DNA of 64,000 nucleotides from Xylographa opegraphella (Eukaryota): NCBI GenBank assembly GCA_022813865.1, contig JALDZX010000003.1, positions 1 to 64,000 of the forward strand, read 5' to 3'. Shown piece by piece: positions 50,403 to 64,000 of this stretch (position 1 is its first letter; each line of letters starts with the position of its first letter). The notes under the pieces were generated by a model. It saw only the letters and a program-made list of their open reading frames with translations, ran no database searches and was not told where the DNA came from. The position numbers and the translations under genes were made by a program.

Positions 50403-50925
50403 GCATGATACGCATGCACGTGTAACGAAGCATACGAAAGCATTAGCGTGGTGTTGGCAAGTGTTCATATGGGGCCAATATAAGATATCATGTAGATGAT
50501 GGACTTCTTATGCTGGTGAGCGGCATATATCATATTAGTTTACATCTGGCTACAACCTATTAGATGATGGCCACAATGTTGTGGTATTAATTTCCTACCC
50601 ACATCCATTTCGTAGCTTTGCTGCTGCGCTATCCTACAAGCATGTGCTCGGTTGTACCCGAAGACGTTACCTCACTGCGATCCCGATGCAGGCTTACTGG
50701 GATCTTCAACTTAACGACAACCGTGACTTCAACAACTTAAGCCGAATTCTTTGACTGAATATTCACCGCCTAAGACTTCTAGCAGCCTCCCCATAACTTT
50801 CTTGCTCCTGCTTTAGAGAGGTTGACTCAGACGCCATCCGCTTACTGCTTACCAGCAGCCCACCCACCAGAAGCATCCGCTTCTTAACCAGAAAGTTTCC
50901 ACATCGCGCGCAAACACTTCACACT

Positions 50926-51721
50926 ATGGCTGGTACACGGAATTACGATTTTCTGGTAGATCCCCCCTCCCAGCTGACTGATATTCCGTCCACATTTGAC
51001 TAACTCACTGCGGCACAGATAAAGCTCCTTCTCATCGGCGACTCCGGCGTTGGCAAGTCGTGCTGCCTGCTCCGCTTCAGCGAAGACTCCTTCACGCCCT
51101 CCTTTATCACAACTATAGGTATCGACTTCAAAATCCGGACGATTGAGCTGGACGGCAAGCGAGTCAAGCTGCAAATATGGGATACCGCCGGGCAGGAGCG
51201 CTTCCGGACGATTACAACAGCGTACTACAGAGGCGCGATGGGCATATTGCTCGTGTATGATGTGACGGACGAGAAGTCGTTTAGCAGTACGTAGTTGTTC
51301 CACTCATTTGCAATATCTACCAGAACGAGAATCCTGAGCACCTTGTCTCATACCTGGCTCCCCACTACATTCGCAGATCTGGCTGAACAAACTTATAGAT
51401 ATCCGTACCTGGTTCTCCAACGTCGAGCAGCACGCCACCGAAGGTGTCAAGAAGATACTTATTGGTAACAAGTGTGACTGGGCAGAGAAGCGCGCGGTTT
51501 CCACCGAGCGCGGCCAGCAACTTGCCGACGAGCTCAATATCCCCTTCCTCGAGGTATCCGCGAAGAGCAACATCAACGTCGAGCAGGCATTTTTCAGTTT
51601 AGCGCGGGACATCAAGAAGAAGATCAGCGAAACGCAGAAGACGGACCAAGGCGCGAGCGGCGGGGTCAACGTCGCTGATCAAGGGACGATGGGGTCGGCG
51701 ATGGGCGGAAAGTGCTGTTAG
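50926..51721 (+). CDS. SEC4: Rab GTPase of the Sec4/Rab8 (Ypt2/SrgA) subfamily
   Basis: [20 protein letters not shown], effector loop [33 protein letters not shown]-terminal CC. Two introns. Confidence 0.9.
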
Positions 51722-52203
51722 GGTGCCAAGTGGCAGGGGCTTTTAGATGGATTGATGAGAAACGTTGAAGCTCACTGAGAGGACTAGCAAGATTGGGTGA
51801 CCTGATGGTTGGAGCCAGGCTTGCTTGGTGGGCGAGATATGGTAGCGCGGAGCAGAGGGTGGTGTCCTCCGCTTTCTGCACGAAATGGGTGTTCCGAAGG
51901 GCAGTCTTGGTGTTTGCGAGGCGTGGGAAATGCATCTTAGGCTCCGGGTCGCGTGTATTGCTTGGCATCTTACAGGCAGATTTTTGCTACCAGTATCTTC
52001 GAACTTTTGAACCCAGATCTCCTTTTTCATGATCATTCTAGCCTATTTCACCATAAACTGTACATGTCTCTCACTCCTTGCGGACGATTGATATCTCCAG
52101 CGGTGAATGGCAAGCGGACGAAGAAGCGAAGCAATTGTCCGAGGACAAGACATTTCTACTCTGACATCGGTTTCATCAAGCAAAAAGCGACATGTTCTGC
52201 TCA

Positions 52204-54577
52204 CTACGCAGCACCCCTTTTCCCAAAACCTTCGTACCTCGCCCTCATCTCCGGAGTAATCTGCCTTTGCACCTCACGTAAACCCACATCGAAATGCCTC
52301 TTCCACACTTGCATCATCTCCCCACTACTCTCTTGTTCCTCCAGCGCCGCGTATCCCGCCCTTTGACAGACACTGACGATCTCTGCCCCGGAGTACCCAT
52401 CCGTCTGGGCTGCCAGGAACTCTATATCGACGTCGACCGCCACATCCATCTTCCCCACCCTGATGTTCAGAATCTCCTTTCGAGCCTCCTGATCAGGGGG
52501 GCCAACATACAACATCGTATCCAGCCTGCCAGGACGCATCAAGGCGGGATCCAGCACCTCGGGTTTGTTCGTCGCCGCGAGGACGAAAACACCCTTGAGG
52601 ACTTCGATGCCGTCCAGCTCGTTGAGGAGGGTAGTCAGAACGTTCAGGCCCCCATGCTGACCAGGTCCTTCACGGGAAGCGCCGATCGCATCGATCTCGT
52701 CAAAGAAGATGATGCTAGGAGCTGCCGCCCGAGCTTTGCGGAAGACTTCCCGCACGGCACGCTCAGATTCGCCAACGTACATGCTAAGCAGCTCCGCGCC
52801 TTTGACGGCGAGGAAGTTGAGACCCGCCTCGGTGGCGACGGCGGCGGCGGTAAGAGTTTTGGAGCAGCCAGGAGGGCCGTAGAGGAGAAGACCCTTCTTG
52901 GGTTCAATGCCCAAGCGGGCCATTTCATCAGGGTACTAGCAAACATTAGTTTGAAAAATTTCAGCGAACTTAAAGTACGCGGCATTGTACTTTGAAAGGC
53001 CATTCGACAGCTTGTTTGAGGCTTCTCTTGATTTCATGCTGTCCGCCAATGTCAGTCCACCTCACTTTAGGTGTTTCTAGAAAGACTTCCTGCATAGCTG
53101 TGGGCCGCACTTCGAGGAGAGCGTTGTTGAGGTCTACTTCTGTGACATCGACTACAAGCTCCGGGGTTTCGTAGAGCGTTCTTTGATCATCTTGTGAGGG
53201 CCAACTAGAGTGATCGTTTCCGGTGTTTTGCGGTATTGTATGCACGTTGGATGCCAAGGTTCTTGCGGTTGCTTTATCTACAGCAAGTTGAATCAGTTTG
53301 TCAAGGTCGGAGCCCACGAAACCGTGTGTTCTATCTCCCACGTTTTGTAACATGGGAATATTAGAGTCGGGGTGTAACGAAGTCAGAATTTTTAGGATCT
53401 CGGTACGTGTCTTTGAATCTGGTATAGGAAGCTCAAGCTGAAACTCAAAGCATCCAGGTCTTCGTAAAGCCTCATCAACATCACTTAATGCTTCTGTGGC
53501 CGCAATCACAAGTACTCCAGAGTCGCCTAGTCGTTCAAATTCTTCGCACAGACTTGTTGTAATATTGATAATCCGCGTAGAGGATGGATCCCTAATCTTA
53601 CCTGCGAGTGTCTCAAGACGATCAATTATAACAACGCTTGGCTGACGACGTCGAGCATCTGCGAAAATTCGACTTACTGCTGTGTCAACATTTCCGCCAT
53701 ATTGACCAATGGCTGGACCATCCAGATGAAAGACCTTCGCCCAGCCAGCATCAGAAACCTTCTTCAAGATAAGGGATTTTCCTGTGCCAGGTGGGCCATA
53801 AAGTAGAACACCTCCGCGACGTGACCGATAGTACGGCGGCAGTTTCAGTCGCTGTAGACTGTTATTGTACGCTGAAAGTCGTTGGTTGAGCTGGTCTAAT
53901 TGGCGTGTCAATCCACCAATACCATCTTGGGTAATGACTAGAGAACGCTGGAGTCCTGCCGTCGAGTTGGCGCGACTGGAATCAGGGTCTTGTAGTACTA
54001 TAGCTGACGCTGACACGAACCGATACAACGTATCAGAGGAGTCATTATGATTAATTCGATCGACCTTGAAAGACCGTTTCTGTCCCTTGAGTTCAACCTC
54101 GACAATAATCATACCGGGACATAACACTTCGGCCTTGATAAGTGGAAGCTCTAGATACCAAGCCCAATGCCCTCGCTCAACCTTGTCTAAAGATGTCAAT
54201 AGCGGATCTAGTGTGACCTGCGGGATCTCCGACATTGTGATTGTCAGGATATCTAGCAGTGGGTCTTGTGTAGATTTTATAGAAACCTTGTCACCAAGCT
54301 TTAAGTGATGAAGCTCTTGTAGAGCCTTTGATGTCTGTACCACTGTATCCTGGATCCTTTCTGGGGCAGCCCAGGCGATAACATGAATATACATTCCATC
54401 CACATTCTCTGTCTCTTCTGATAACCGAAGCATGCAGAGGTCTCCAGAGCGGAGTTTATGCAATAACAGGGTCGTGGGCGAAAGATATACCCGGAAAACG
54501 TCCTTTAGGTCTGTTCTTGCAGGCTTCGAAAAAGGTCTTACAGTATACAAACGAGGATCTGATAAATTGAGTGGCAT
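52204..54577 (-). CDS. AFG2: Double AAA+ ATPase, Afg2/Drg1 (SPATA5) family
   Basis: D1 GPPGTGKS, D2 GPPGCSKT, ETPKVRWTDIGGQ, MYVGESERAVREVF, DEIDA, MRPGRLD. Intron 52936-52990. Confidence 0.88.
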
Positions 54578-54830
54578 TATGCAAGATTGAAATTGGCTTT
54601 TTCTAGAGAACAGAATTTTTGTTTATCTGCCAAAAACAAACCATGAACAAAACTCCATGAGTCTGTTTACACAGGAAAGGAAAGCCATATGAACGAGATA
54701 ACTCTCAAAAACAAAATATAGGCAAGAAGTAAAACATTTTCCCGAGGATGAGAAATGCTAGTGTTGTCAGAAAGGGAATCAACCAGGAAAGGTTTCTCCG
54801 TGCCGAGAATTTTGTCCGAGCATCAATTCC

Positions 54831-57059
54831 ATGGCGACGCAGAACTCTGTAACATTGATGCAGGCATTGCGATATCTACCGCTTGAGTTTCTCCTACCCG
54901 CATGGAGTCATGGGCAGTTGACACAATTGAGATGGCTTCACGACATTTCTGGTCACCTCAATCCCCAGGGAGAAGGCCTGAAACACCGAGAAAAGAATTC
55001 TGGGAAACCATTGTTCCGCAAGCAGTACAACATCACCAGAGCGTTGGCACTGGAACCTTACAAGACTCAATCTACTGCCACTTCTACCAAATTGATATTA
55101 CCTCATGGCGAAAGCGCTTGTCTGGAAGCTCAAATTGAAGGTGATGTTCGCCAAACGGATATGATTCATACTCGAAGCCAGAGCAACGCCAAAGCAAGCT
55201 ACGTAAGATATACTAGGCGGCATAATGGGGATGAAGCTATCTCGGCATACACGCCGAAAAAGAAGCCACCCCAAAATGGCTCCAGAACTATGTTTCTGCG
55301 TTACCGTCCAAGCGCCGCGGGTGCATCAAGCCCGCAATTGTTTAGAACCACAAACTCAAGCGGAGGAAACGAGAGCACTAAACCGAGGGATCAATCTTCA
55401 ATTTCCTATGTGCCATCCCAACCCCAAACAGTAGGGATTGTTCCTCCATCCCAGCAAGAGCATAATATGGGGCAAAGTTCAGACATCATTCGGGGACGCA
55501 AAAACAAGCAGACAGAAAATGATTACAGGCCTCGGGGCTGGGTGAGTCTTCCCTGGATTTCCGATCAAGGCCGAGAAAGCCACAAAACGGACCAAGACGT
55601 GTCCAACGAGTCACCCTCGCAGCCGAAGCTTTTTGTAGATCGTGGCTTGGAGCGGCAGCCAGAAACAACGAGCATTCTTGGTCAAGAATCAGAAAATTCA
55701 GATATACAGTTAATCAGGACGACTAGCGACGATTTTAATGTTGATAAAAGAGAAACCGACAAGCTAGCGCTGCCTGTTAGGCAACCGGGTGGAGAACCGG
55801 GTCAGCGTCAAAATACACTGCATTCATCGGTCAAACTGGCACAGCGTCGTAGTGCAAAACCAAAGGACGAGGTGGGGGCCAGTCAGCATTTGCCGCCGAG
55901 GAGGACCCGTCTTCGAGACACAACCTATCTTGGGGGTCCACCAGCAGCGGAAGAAGTGATCCATGTGCCGGTGCAGAGAGAGCTTTCTCTTCTCGAGCAA
56001 CTATTCCCTGAGGAGGCTAAGGTTCAATTGAAGGCTTCCGAGCACCGACGCGAATCTCAGGAGGAACCTGCTCGACTTCCACCGCCAGAAATCAAGGAGC
56101 TCTACGAGTCATCGATTGATGATTCGAGCTACATGCAGCTCTCTTCGAAGCTTAAGACTCGTAAGGCAAACATCAATGCTTTCCGTCAAGAGAACAAGAC
56201 AATTCTATTTTTGTCTCGAGTTAGCACCGCGTTGTGCGATGCTGACTTCCGACGCATCATTCCACGAGGGGTACATATTGAAGAGTGGCGCGGTCCGGGT
56301 GACATTCTCAAAGTCATTCCTAGCCGTAATATGTCTAACCTTTCTCCAACATCAAACTATTATCTTCTCTTCTCCAACCCAGCTTACGCTCGCGCCTACC
56401 AGAATCAAGTGATACACCTGCATCAGCTAGCCCAAACTTACACCCCAACCTCGTTAGAGTTCCCAATGCCTCCGCCTCCGGGAATGCTTGAAACTAATGG
56501 CCAAGACGTATATACCTTGTTACAAGATTTCACTATCTCTCCTCCATCGGTGCGAATGTCTCTGCGCGTGATGGTACCTCCTTACCACGCGAGCCTGCAG
56601 CGACTACTTGAGAACGAAGGTTACCTACAAATCGTGCAACCAGGAAACAAGGCTGGAAGAGCTGTGCTGTTCTGGGTAGAGGGCCATCAGCCCAGCGCTT
56701 TATCACTAAGGACTATGCTCTCGAAGGATGGTGGGGACAGAGGTCTCCAGTGGGGACCGCTCAGAGGACACGGAGAGATCGAGGTCCTGCATGTAAATGC
56801 AGACTATAGTGGCGGAGAAATGGGTAGAAATGATATGACTGATCCCGGTGATGGATATAGCCCTTCGGAATCCAGAGATACCGAATTAAAACCCAAGCGA
56901 CATGGACATCAGCGGTGGATAATATCCTTCGAGGACGAGGCGGAGGCGCGGCGCTTCGTGAGGGTCTGGCATCGACGGCCGTATCCGGTTCCCTTGCAAG
57001 AAGAGAGACCTTCCCCCGGGGAGCCTGAACCCCTGGTACATGCAGAGTATATGTGGTAG
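54831..57059 (+). CDS. Fungal hypothetical protein (disordered N-terminus, conserved-looking C-terminal domain)
   Basis: 742-aa intronless ORF. C-terminal motifs SLLEQLFPEE, DFRRIIP.G.HIEEW, YYLLF...A.AY and RWIISF....EARRFVRVWHRRP. Confidence 0.7.
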   Translation: MATQNSVTLMQALRYLPLEFLLPAWSHGQLTQLRWLHDISGHLNPQGEGLKHREKNSGKPLFRKQYNITRALALEPYKTQSTATSTKLILPHGESACLEAQIEGDVRQTDMIHTRSQSNAKASYVRYTRRHNGDEAISAYTPKKKPPQNGSRTMFLRYRPSAAGASSPQLFRTTNSSGGNESTKPRDQSSISYVPSQPQTVGIVPPSQQEHNMGQSSDIIRGRKNKQTENDYRPRGWVSLPWISDQGRESHKTDQDVSNESPSQPKLFVDRGLERQPETTSILGQESENSDIQLIRTTSDDFNVDKRETDKLALPVRQPGGEPGQRQNTLHSSVKLAQRRSAKPKDEVGASQHLPPRRTRLRDTTYLGGPPAAEEVIHVPVQRELSLLEQLFPEEAKVQLKASEHRRESQEEPARLPPPEIKELYESSIDDSSYMQLSSKLKTRKANINAFRQENKTILFLSRVSTALCDADFRRIIPRGVHIEEWRGPGDILKVIPSRNMSNLSPTSNYYLLFSNPAYARAYQNQVIHLHQLAQTYTPTSLEFPMPPPPGMLETNGQDVYTLLQDFTISPPSVRMSLRVMVPPYHASLQRLLENEGYLQIVQPGNKAGRAVLFWVEGHQPSALSLRTMLSKDGGDRGLQWGPLRGHGEIEVLHVNADYSGGEMGRNDMTDPGDGYSPSESRDTELKPKRHGHQRWIISFEDEAEARRFVRVWHRRPYPVPLQEERPSPGEPEPLVHAEYMW

Positions 57060-58638
57060 TCGGCTTGAATTGGGTTTCATTCCACATTTAATGCAGGTTT
57101 TTGATAATTTCTGCCTTGCGCGGCTACGTGCAGCCCCTTAGACGACATCCAGTTTCCAATAAATAGAGGCAAAGTCCAGAATTGAACACTTCTCATAATG
57201 CCTTCATTGCGCTTTAGCAGTGCTTGTGGTCCATGGCATCAATGTATCTTCCCTAGTAAGTGCAGTAGAAAGTTTCTTGGCGCAGAATATGAAGCTATAT
57301 CCGAGCTCAGACTACGACCACTATCAATAAAACATCATGAATCTTCTTATTACTACTCAACCTAGATACTAACAACTTAGTTAAAGATTCGAGCATATCT
57401 ATCTGCATCCGAAATGCGCATCAAGTTGTCATAAGTTGCGCAGGACCGCCATTAAGCTTGCACTGGTCAAGTCACCCCAAAGGAAGACTGCGATTTCCAT
57501 TATCAGATATCAAAACTGCCTATGAGGGCTGTTGCATTTAAATCTTTCCTTTCTTCTTCAACGAACGAATACTCTTAAGCATGCTCCACGACTTCTTTTT
57601 GACTTTTGTCTCTCATATCTCACCCCTGACGTAAACGGTTCAACTCCGTACTGAACGAGTGCTGGCCCTGGATCTTTGAACTCCGCTTTCGCGAAGATAT
57701 TCCCATGCTCCAATTTTGCTTCTCATCCGAGCTCGAACCTGTCTGCAAAATCTCTTCCACTCCATACTGACTCCACGGTGCAAACGAAAGAAATTAGTTC
57801 GGTTGTTCTTCAGCTTATACCGGAGGGCAAGGTAACGATACACCAGCGCCATCAGATGCAAAGTTCTAGCCGAGGCTGAACTTTGTTGACCAGGATTGTT
57901 GCCCTTGCAACCTCCCAAAGGAGAGCTTCCGAAAGTAACACGAAACCGTAGTGACATGAAACACAAGAAGGACTCGAAGGTGAGTAAGAATCGGGGGCCA
58001 CGTTCGACATTTCCGGCATATAGGTGAAATGTGTGACCAGCGGCTTTGTTCTTGGCTGTCTCTCCGAGATTGTGCTTTCCAGATCTTTCCTTCCATTGCG
58101 CCAGTTGTTGATTCGCTGCCAGCGGCTCTGGACCTGCACGGTATGCCGATCCTGAGTATCATTGTGAAGACTGTTCATCTGCATAGAGGTTTGGTCCAAC
58201 ATCCCATTCATTCATCAAAGCGAGAATGAAGTTCACAGGTATTCCCCTAGGTTCAAGCAGCTTCCTGCTTAATGGCTCCATGATGCGGTGGGACTTCTTC
58301 TTATCGTACCACGGCCAGTAGTCGTTGGTAGCCCTCACGATTATAGTAACGTTAGGTTAAGTGGGATTGGAGGTCGTAAAGTATCTAACATGAGACAAAT
58401 TGACGCATTCCCCTAGATCAATCGATGGTCCCCATGTGCACTCGCTCTACGGATTTTGACGACCGGGAAGATCACCCGAGAAGTCCCCCTTTCCGAGCAC
58501 TCAGCGATTTATTACCGGATGTCGTTGCGGTTGCCGACAAGCGTAACAAAAGAGCGCCCCAAAGGACTTCTTCTCTACCAGATGGTAGATTTTGTCGTAG
58601 TATCGTAAGACGCTTGATATCATCCAGTATCACGTCCA

Positions 58639-61301
58639 TTATACCAATTTCCTAGATCGCTCGGTCAAGAAACTCGTGCTTATCGGCTCTCGTTTTTCTC
58701 CAACTGCTACGCCCGGATCCAGAGATTCTGAATCTCCGATTCCTGCAAGATGCCGATAATTGGTGATGTGCTGATTGGTATTATCAAAGGGTATGGTGGA
58801 ATATTCTGCAGCCTGCACATTGGGCGTGGGGAGTGCTTTATGATCGTGTCTATCCAGATGCCATAATTTACCATTGAGAGTGCAACGTATTGTTTCTGAA
58901 TGGTCGCAGTCCACGAAATTGAGAATCTCCTTGCCACTCCATATCACTCGCTGTTGGGGCACAGAGACATCGGTCTCCTGACGGACCTTCGCGCAGCATC
59001 TCCAGCACGTGGACGTATGCACAAAGTATGCCGAATAATCATATACAAACACATCGCGTGACTGATCAATGATCATTAAAATCCAGTAATAGTGTGACGG
59101 CGTCCCTTTCACGCAATAGAACATATGCGGACTATTCGAGGTGATTCCCATGGTCCATCCCTGCGCTGGCGTTTTATATGGCCATTGTGGATTGGATAAG
59201 GCCCATTGATCCACTGTCGAGATTGAGCATTTACCAGACCAAGTATCGGCACTTCCAGGATCTGCGTCTTTTATGGTCTGATTAGTCTCGCCTATGCAGT
59301 TAGATTCCAGTATTCTGCCGACAAGTAACCTTTGAAGCCGCCGAAGACGATATCCTGCAAGCTCATCGATATGTCGGTTGCCAGTCGATGCGCTGACGGA
59401 GTATGTTACATCGAGCTGTGAACTGTCTAGTGTTTCTCCAACGACCATATGGAAGACCAGCTGGCTTTTTGCGATGAGTTTTAAAACCTGGTCGACGCTG
59501 TCTGTGTTGATTGCTCCCCTTTTCAGTGGCCCAGTGCTTAGAAAGCTAGGGTCATATGAAGGATTCATATCGCATATTGATTTATATGGAGCATTATTAT
59601 AGCTTATCTGTCCGGCGACTACCCGAATTCTCAACTGCTCTACGATTCCAAGACTAGGATCCTCAAGTGAAGGTAGGTATACGCATATGCCATTGCCGCA
59701 TATAGCTGATTGGTCTTCAAAGGCATATATTGTACTTACTGGGACTCCAGTAAATAGCTGTAAAATAGTAGACAATGAGAAACCGTCCCACAAAGAGACT
59801 TTCAATCTATCGAATAGGATGTCGGTCGAATGCGCACCGACAGAAGTGAGCAGTCCTAGACTCCGATACCGTGCTTCCAGTTTGGAGTCGATACGATTGA
59901 CCTGCGCTGCATACAACATCAGAAAGCCTGTGGATGAGGCATTATGGTATCATCGAGATCCAGCCACGAAAGAATCCATAGCAGTTCACAGATGGCCGCG
60001 GCGCATCTGCAAAGGCAAAGGGAGGATATACTTCCGGAAGATACTTCGTCTTCCTGGTCAGAGTACCAGAGCTTGCAATATCTGCATCCACACTCGTCCC
60101 GGAGTCTCGACCTTGGACTTCCGATATTAAGCATGTTGTATCTCAATTTGTACACGGGAACATCGTGCAACTTCACAAGCTCTGGGAATCGGCTCGTAGC
60201 AGATTGGAGTAGCATGTGCAGGACGTCATTTTCTTTGACAGTGGGAGAATCGCCCCAAGGGTTCAGATTCCCAAAGCTATCATTCCCCTGAATACCGGGC
60301 CGTAGCGTATCGCAAAGAATTTGTGCGAATGACAAGAGGCAATTTTGATCTGTCAGCTTATCGATGATAGTCCCGAAAGTGTTGCGTAGTACGTTAGGCC
60401 ACGCCGAACGTCCGCTGGAAAAATATAGCTGCTTAGTGTCTGCATTGAATTCAAGTTTTCCAGACGTGACATTACAAACACGATAGGTTGTCGTAAGTAG
60501 TTGATCTCTCACAAGAATCTCTGCCGAGAGATCCGAGAGAATCAAGAATGTGACTTGTGGGGCTTCAACACCTTGCGCTCCTGACTGATATAAGCATGAA
60601 CCCGACAAGTCACGAACCTCGACTCGCAAAGCAAGAAGCCATTCTGCGATGGCAGCCAGACATACGCAATCAACACCACCTCTGATGGTTACACCCCGAA
60701 GATCCCCTCTCGAAAGCTTCGCTATTTCAACGAGGGCAGCTGCGAATGCCTGAGGCGATGTGGCCGCTTGGAAAGCATAGTGTCCGTCCCTTCGTTGGGA
60801 GAATAGCCTACTCAAGCCTTCCACGAGAAGCGGGAATCCCGATGCTTCGACACTGCCGGCGCAAACGTCTATCAACGTAGCCCACTGAGATAGTGCTGGT
60901 GTTAGACTTCGAGGAATATTTGAGTTGTCACAGAACTCTTTCAGCACACGGGCGCCGAATTCTGTTTTATAGCAGACAGATAAGCAGGCGCATATGGCAG
61001 TACAACAAGCGCCTTGTTCTGTTTCTGCGAGACTTCTGACAATGTGCTTAACTCCAATGCCAAACCAGATAAAATTCCCAAAGGATGAGAAAACCTTTAA
61101 TTTCGATAAAGATTCTTGAAGTCTTAATTGTCCTTCGGCGGGCAAGTCAAACTGAGCAAATAGGGCTTGAGCCATGCTGATTGTAAGCACATCAACCCCA
61201 GCTTTCGCAAATCGGGACAGCATCTCGACCGAGAAGCTGACCGTAGTCTTCGATAAAGCTACCCAGTCTACCGACCCCTGTTGAGTCATCGCGACGTCCA
61301 T
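58639..61301 (-). pseudogene. Uncharacterised fungal protein gene split by one frameshift (pseudogene or sequencing error)
   Basis: ORFs 59919-61301 and 58639-59919 abut. Shifting frame at atg-cc|tca-tcc-aca-ggc-ttt-ctg-atg gives a continuous TIMP-SSTGFLMLY. No intron signals at the junction. Confidence 0.6.
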
Positions 61302-62917
61302 CCTGAGCGATGTCTTGTAACTGATGCTTCACAAAAAAATTCCAGATTGCTTTGCAAAGAGAGCTTTATGAGATTCTGCGGTGTATGACCCTCAGCTCAA
61401 AGCCGTTCTGCGATAACATAGTTTAAGACAGCCAATTGTTTATCTTGCTCTCCACTCCCTGATAATGAAACGCTGATGCATGATAGTGAGATCCGGGACG
61501 ACTTACAGGAGACACAACAGACACAGTATTTCAGGCAGTCACCAGCGGCCGGCCAATTTGGTGTCGGACAACCTTTCAGACGAATCAGGATAGTCGTGAT
61601 TTTCCATCAAGCTCCGCATTGGCAGCCTTTTTGAGGTAGTATTATCGATATGCCCAAATGTAACGATTTTCCGGACAGCATGTCCTTATCAATCGTCAAT
61701 AGTCTGGATGGCACATGGCTCTCGTATTGTAGGAACAATAGATAGTCCAGGAGGTAAGTACTCTTCACGTAGATACTTGTCTTCATTAATTATCTGACCG
61801 TCAACCAGCGGTATGGATCCAGTGAGTTTTGCCCCGCCCAGGTCGAGTATGTATATACCGGAGGAAGGACTAAGACTATTTAGCAAAGCTCGGCCACCAG
61901 CTGTGAGTAAGTTATCCTAATGCGTGAACCTTGGCTTCACCTAGCTAGCACGGTTTCAACAACTTTACATATAAAATTCCTTCTACTAGCTAACGTAACC
62001 ATGCACTGGACTCAGGTTCTTATTTTTCGATCTCCACTGTAATTCAAAGCGCTGCGCACTAATCACTGATATGTTTGTTATAATTATCTGTACTTGGACC
62101 GAGATATGATCTCAGCTGGCAGAGCCGCAAAATCGACAATTCTCCGATTTACGAAGCACCAAACAGTCGGCCTACCCTTGATGTGCAAAGAGAAACCGGG
62201 AGGATTTCGCCAATGGAACAACAATCTCACATATATTAGGCCATGAGTGCAAGCTTCCGGTGGCATGTCACATCAGAGTATGAGGCTTGAAGCTCTCCAG
62301 AAGCAGTCAGGATCGATGACCGTCTAAAATCTGCAAGGTGATCTTCTCTCCAAGTTTAATATGTGCAAGATCACCAGTACAGGCAGGCGCGATATGCAGT
62401 CTTGGACATAAAGAAGATTCACTATGCCGACTGAGAGTGCGGAGATTATAGACCAATCCGAAACATACTGGCCGTCTTTCCATGTCCAGCGGAAGCTACC
62501 AGAAACTCGGCATTCGTGATGAAGAGGAGACGGCGGAGCGCAGGATCTGAGCAAAACACTCGAACCCATTCTATTGCATCCATCGTGATCCGTTGAGAAT
62601 TGGGGCCAACGTTGAATTGGCAGGAAGCCTTGGCATAGTTGCGTACGTAGACACTGAAGCGTCAAGCATCTTCCTCTTTCGAACCTCTCGAGGTCGTTTT
62701 GCTGTATGCCGGAAAATGGGCCTAAAGACCCAGCATATCCAATTGCACCGGGGTGGTTGACCAATAGCCTTCAACTAAAATGTAAAAGGAAAGCAACAAC
62801 AGGCAAGCCGTGAAAGAGCGGATGATGTAGACCATATTAGTCTATCTATCTGTATCTTCCTCTAGAGATTACACATATACAATCCCTTTTCTAACTTTAA
62901 GCGAGACACAATGTGGC

Positions 62918-64000
62918 TTACTTCCACAGTTTCCCTAAGCTGACCTCCTTATCATCGTGCTTGTTCAGTACCTTCGCTGTTGCAAGATCGAAGTCTTCTT
63001 GCGTAACATGCACTCTCCGCTCCCGTAATGCATACATGCCTGCTTCAGTACAAACACCTTTCAGTTCAGCGCCGGAGCAGCCGTTCATTTTTTCGGCGAT
63101 CTTCGTCAGATTGATGCCACGGGTGAGGTTCATGGATCGGGAGTGAATGCGGAGAATGTCAGCGCGGGCTTCGATACTGCAAAGATATGTTAGCATCAAC
63201 ACGTTGGACTGATTGACCAACCATCCAAGAGAAGAGACCACGACTGCAAAGCACTTACGTTGGTGGCGGAAATTCGATTTTCCTGTCTATTCGCCCTGGC
63301 CGCAGTAACGCAGGATCAAGAATATCGAGTCGATTCGTAGCCATGATGACTTTGATGTTTTTTGTTGGTTCGAAGCCGTCCAATTGATTTAATAGCTCTA
63401 ACATTGTCCGCTGTACCTCCGAATCACCGCCACTGTTGCCTTCCACTCGTGAAGATCCGATACTATCAATCTCGTCCATGAAGATAATACTAGGCGCATG
63501 TTCTCGAGCCATAACAAACAATTCCCTGACCATGCGACTCCCTTCACCAATGTACTTTTGTACCAATTCGGATCCTGACACTCGTATAAATTTGCAGTCC
63601 GTATGATGTGCTACCGCTCGTGCTAACAACGTCTTTCCGGTTCCTGGCGGGCCGTATAGTAGAACTCCTTTTGGTTGCGCTATACCGAGTGATTCGAACA
63701 GTTCTGGGTGTTTTAGACCAAGCTCCACAACTTCCTTGATTTCCTTGATCTGCTGATCCAGCCCGCCAATCATATCGTATGTGCTATCAGGAACCTTTTC
63801 AACCATCATGAGCGAAACGAGAGGATCGACAGACGATGGGAGCATTTTCTCGAGTTTGTAGGAGTCGGAGAGGAGCGTTACTCGTTTGCCAACGGTAAGT
63901 TTACTTATATCGACATTGTCTGATATATCCACCACTATAGATCTCCTTAGTTAGGCCTTCTGATATACTGTAGCAGCTGAAAGGAGCTTACCATATTTGC
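62918..64000 (-). CDS. RPT6: 26S proteasome AAA-ATPase subunit Rpt6, 5' part outside the window
   Basis: [70 protein letters not shown]-terminal KLWK. Confidence 0.95.

Overview
Gene-dense 64 kb window from a filamentous ascomycete (Pezizomycotina), judged from short GT-AG introns with CTRAC-type branch points and fungal gene families. I can support about 28 protein-coding genes. Conserved housekeeping genes include NHP2, ETR1, NSE1, BUD13/CWC26, ATL1, BRL1/BRR6, a pterin carbinolamine dehydratase, ERG25, NCA2, a SEC4/Rab8-type GTPase, AFG2 and a partial RPT6. Accessory genes include an Mx-like dynamin, a PTH11/rhodopsin-like membrane protein next to an esterase, a MAPEG protein, two tandem OPT-superfamily transporters and a frameshifted orphan gene. 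An 818-bp TA-flanked fold-back non-autonomous DNA transposon with RIP-like transitions sits at 21768-22585. The most striking element is at the left edge (1-705, 5'-truncated): a polyprotein of 42-aa repeats in which cationic ~25-aa cores (ANKAGQFFKHAANVVGNYEKGFWGL) alternate with acidic spacers bounded by KR/RR and LxxR sites. It looks like a Kex2-processed multi-peptide precursor, possibly releasing novel antimicrobial or host-active peptides. All calls come from motif recognition by eye; no database search was run.
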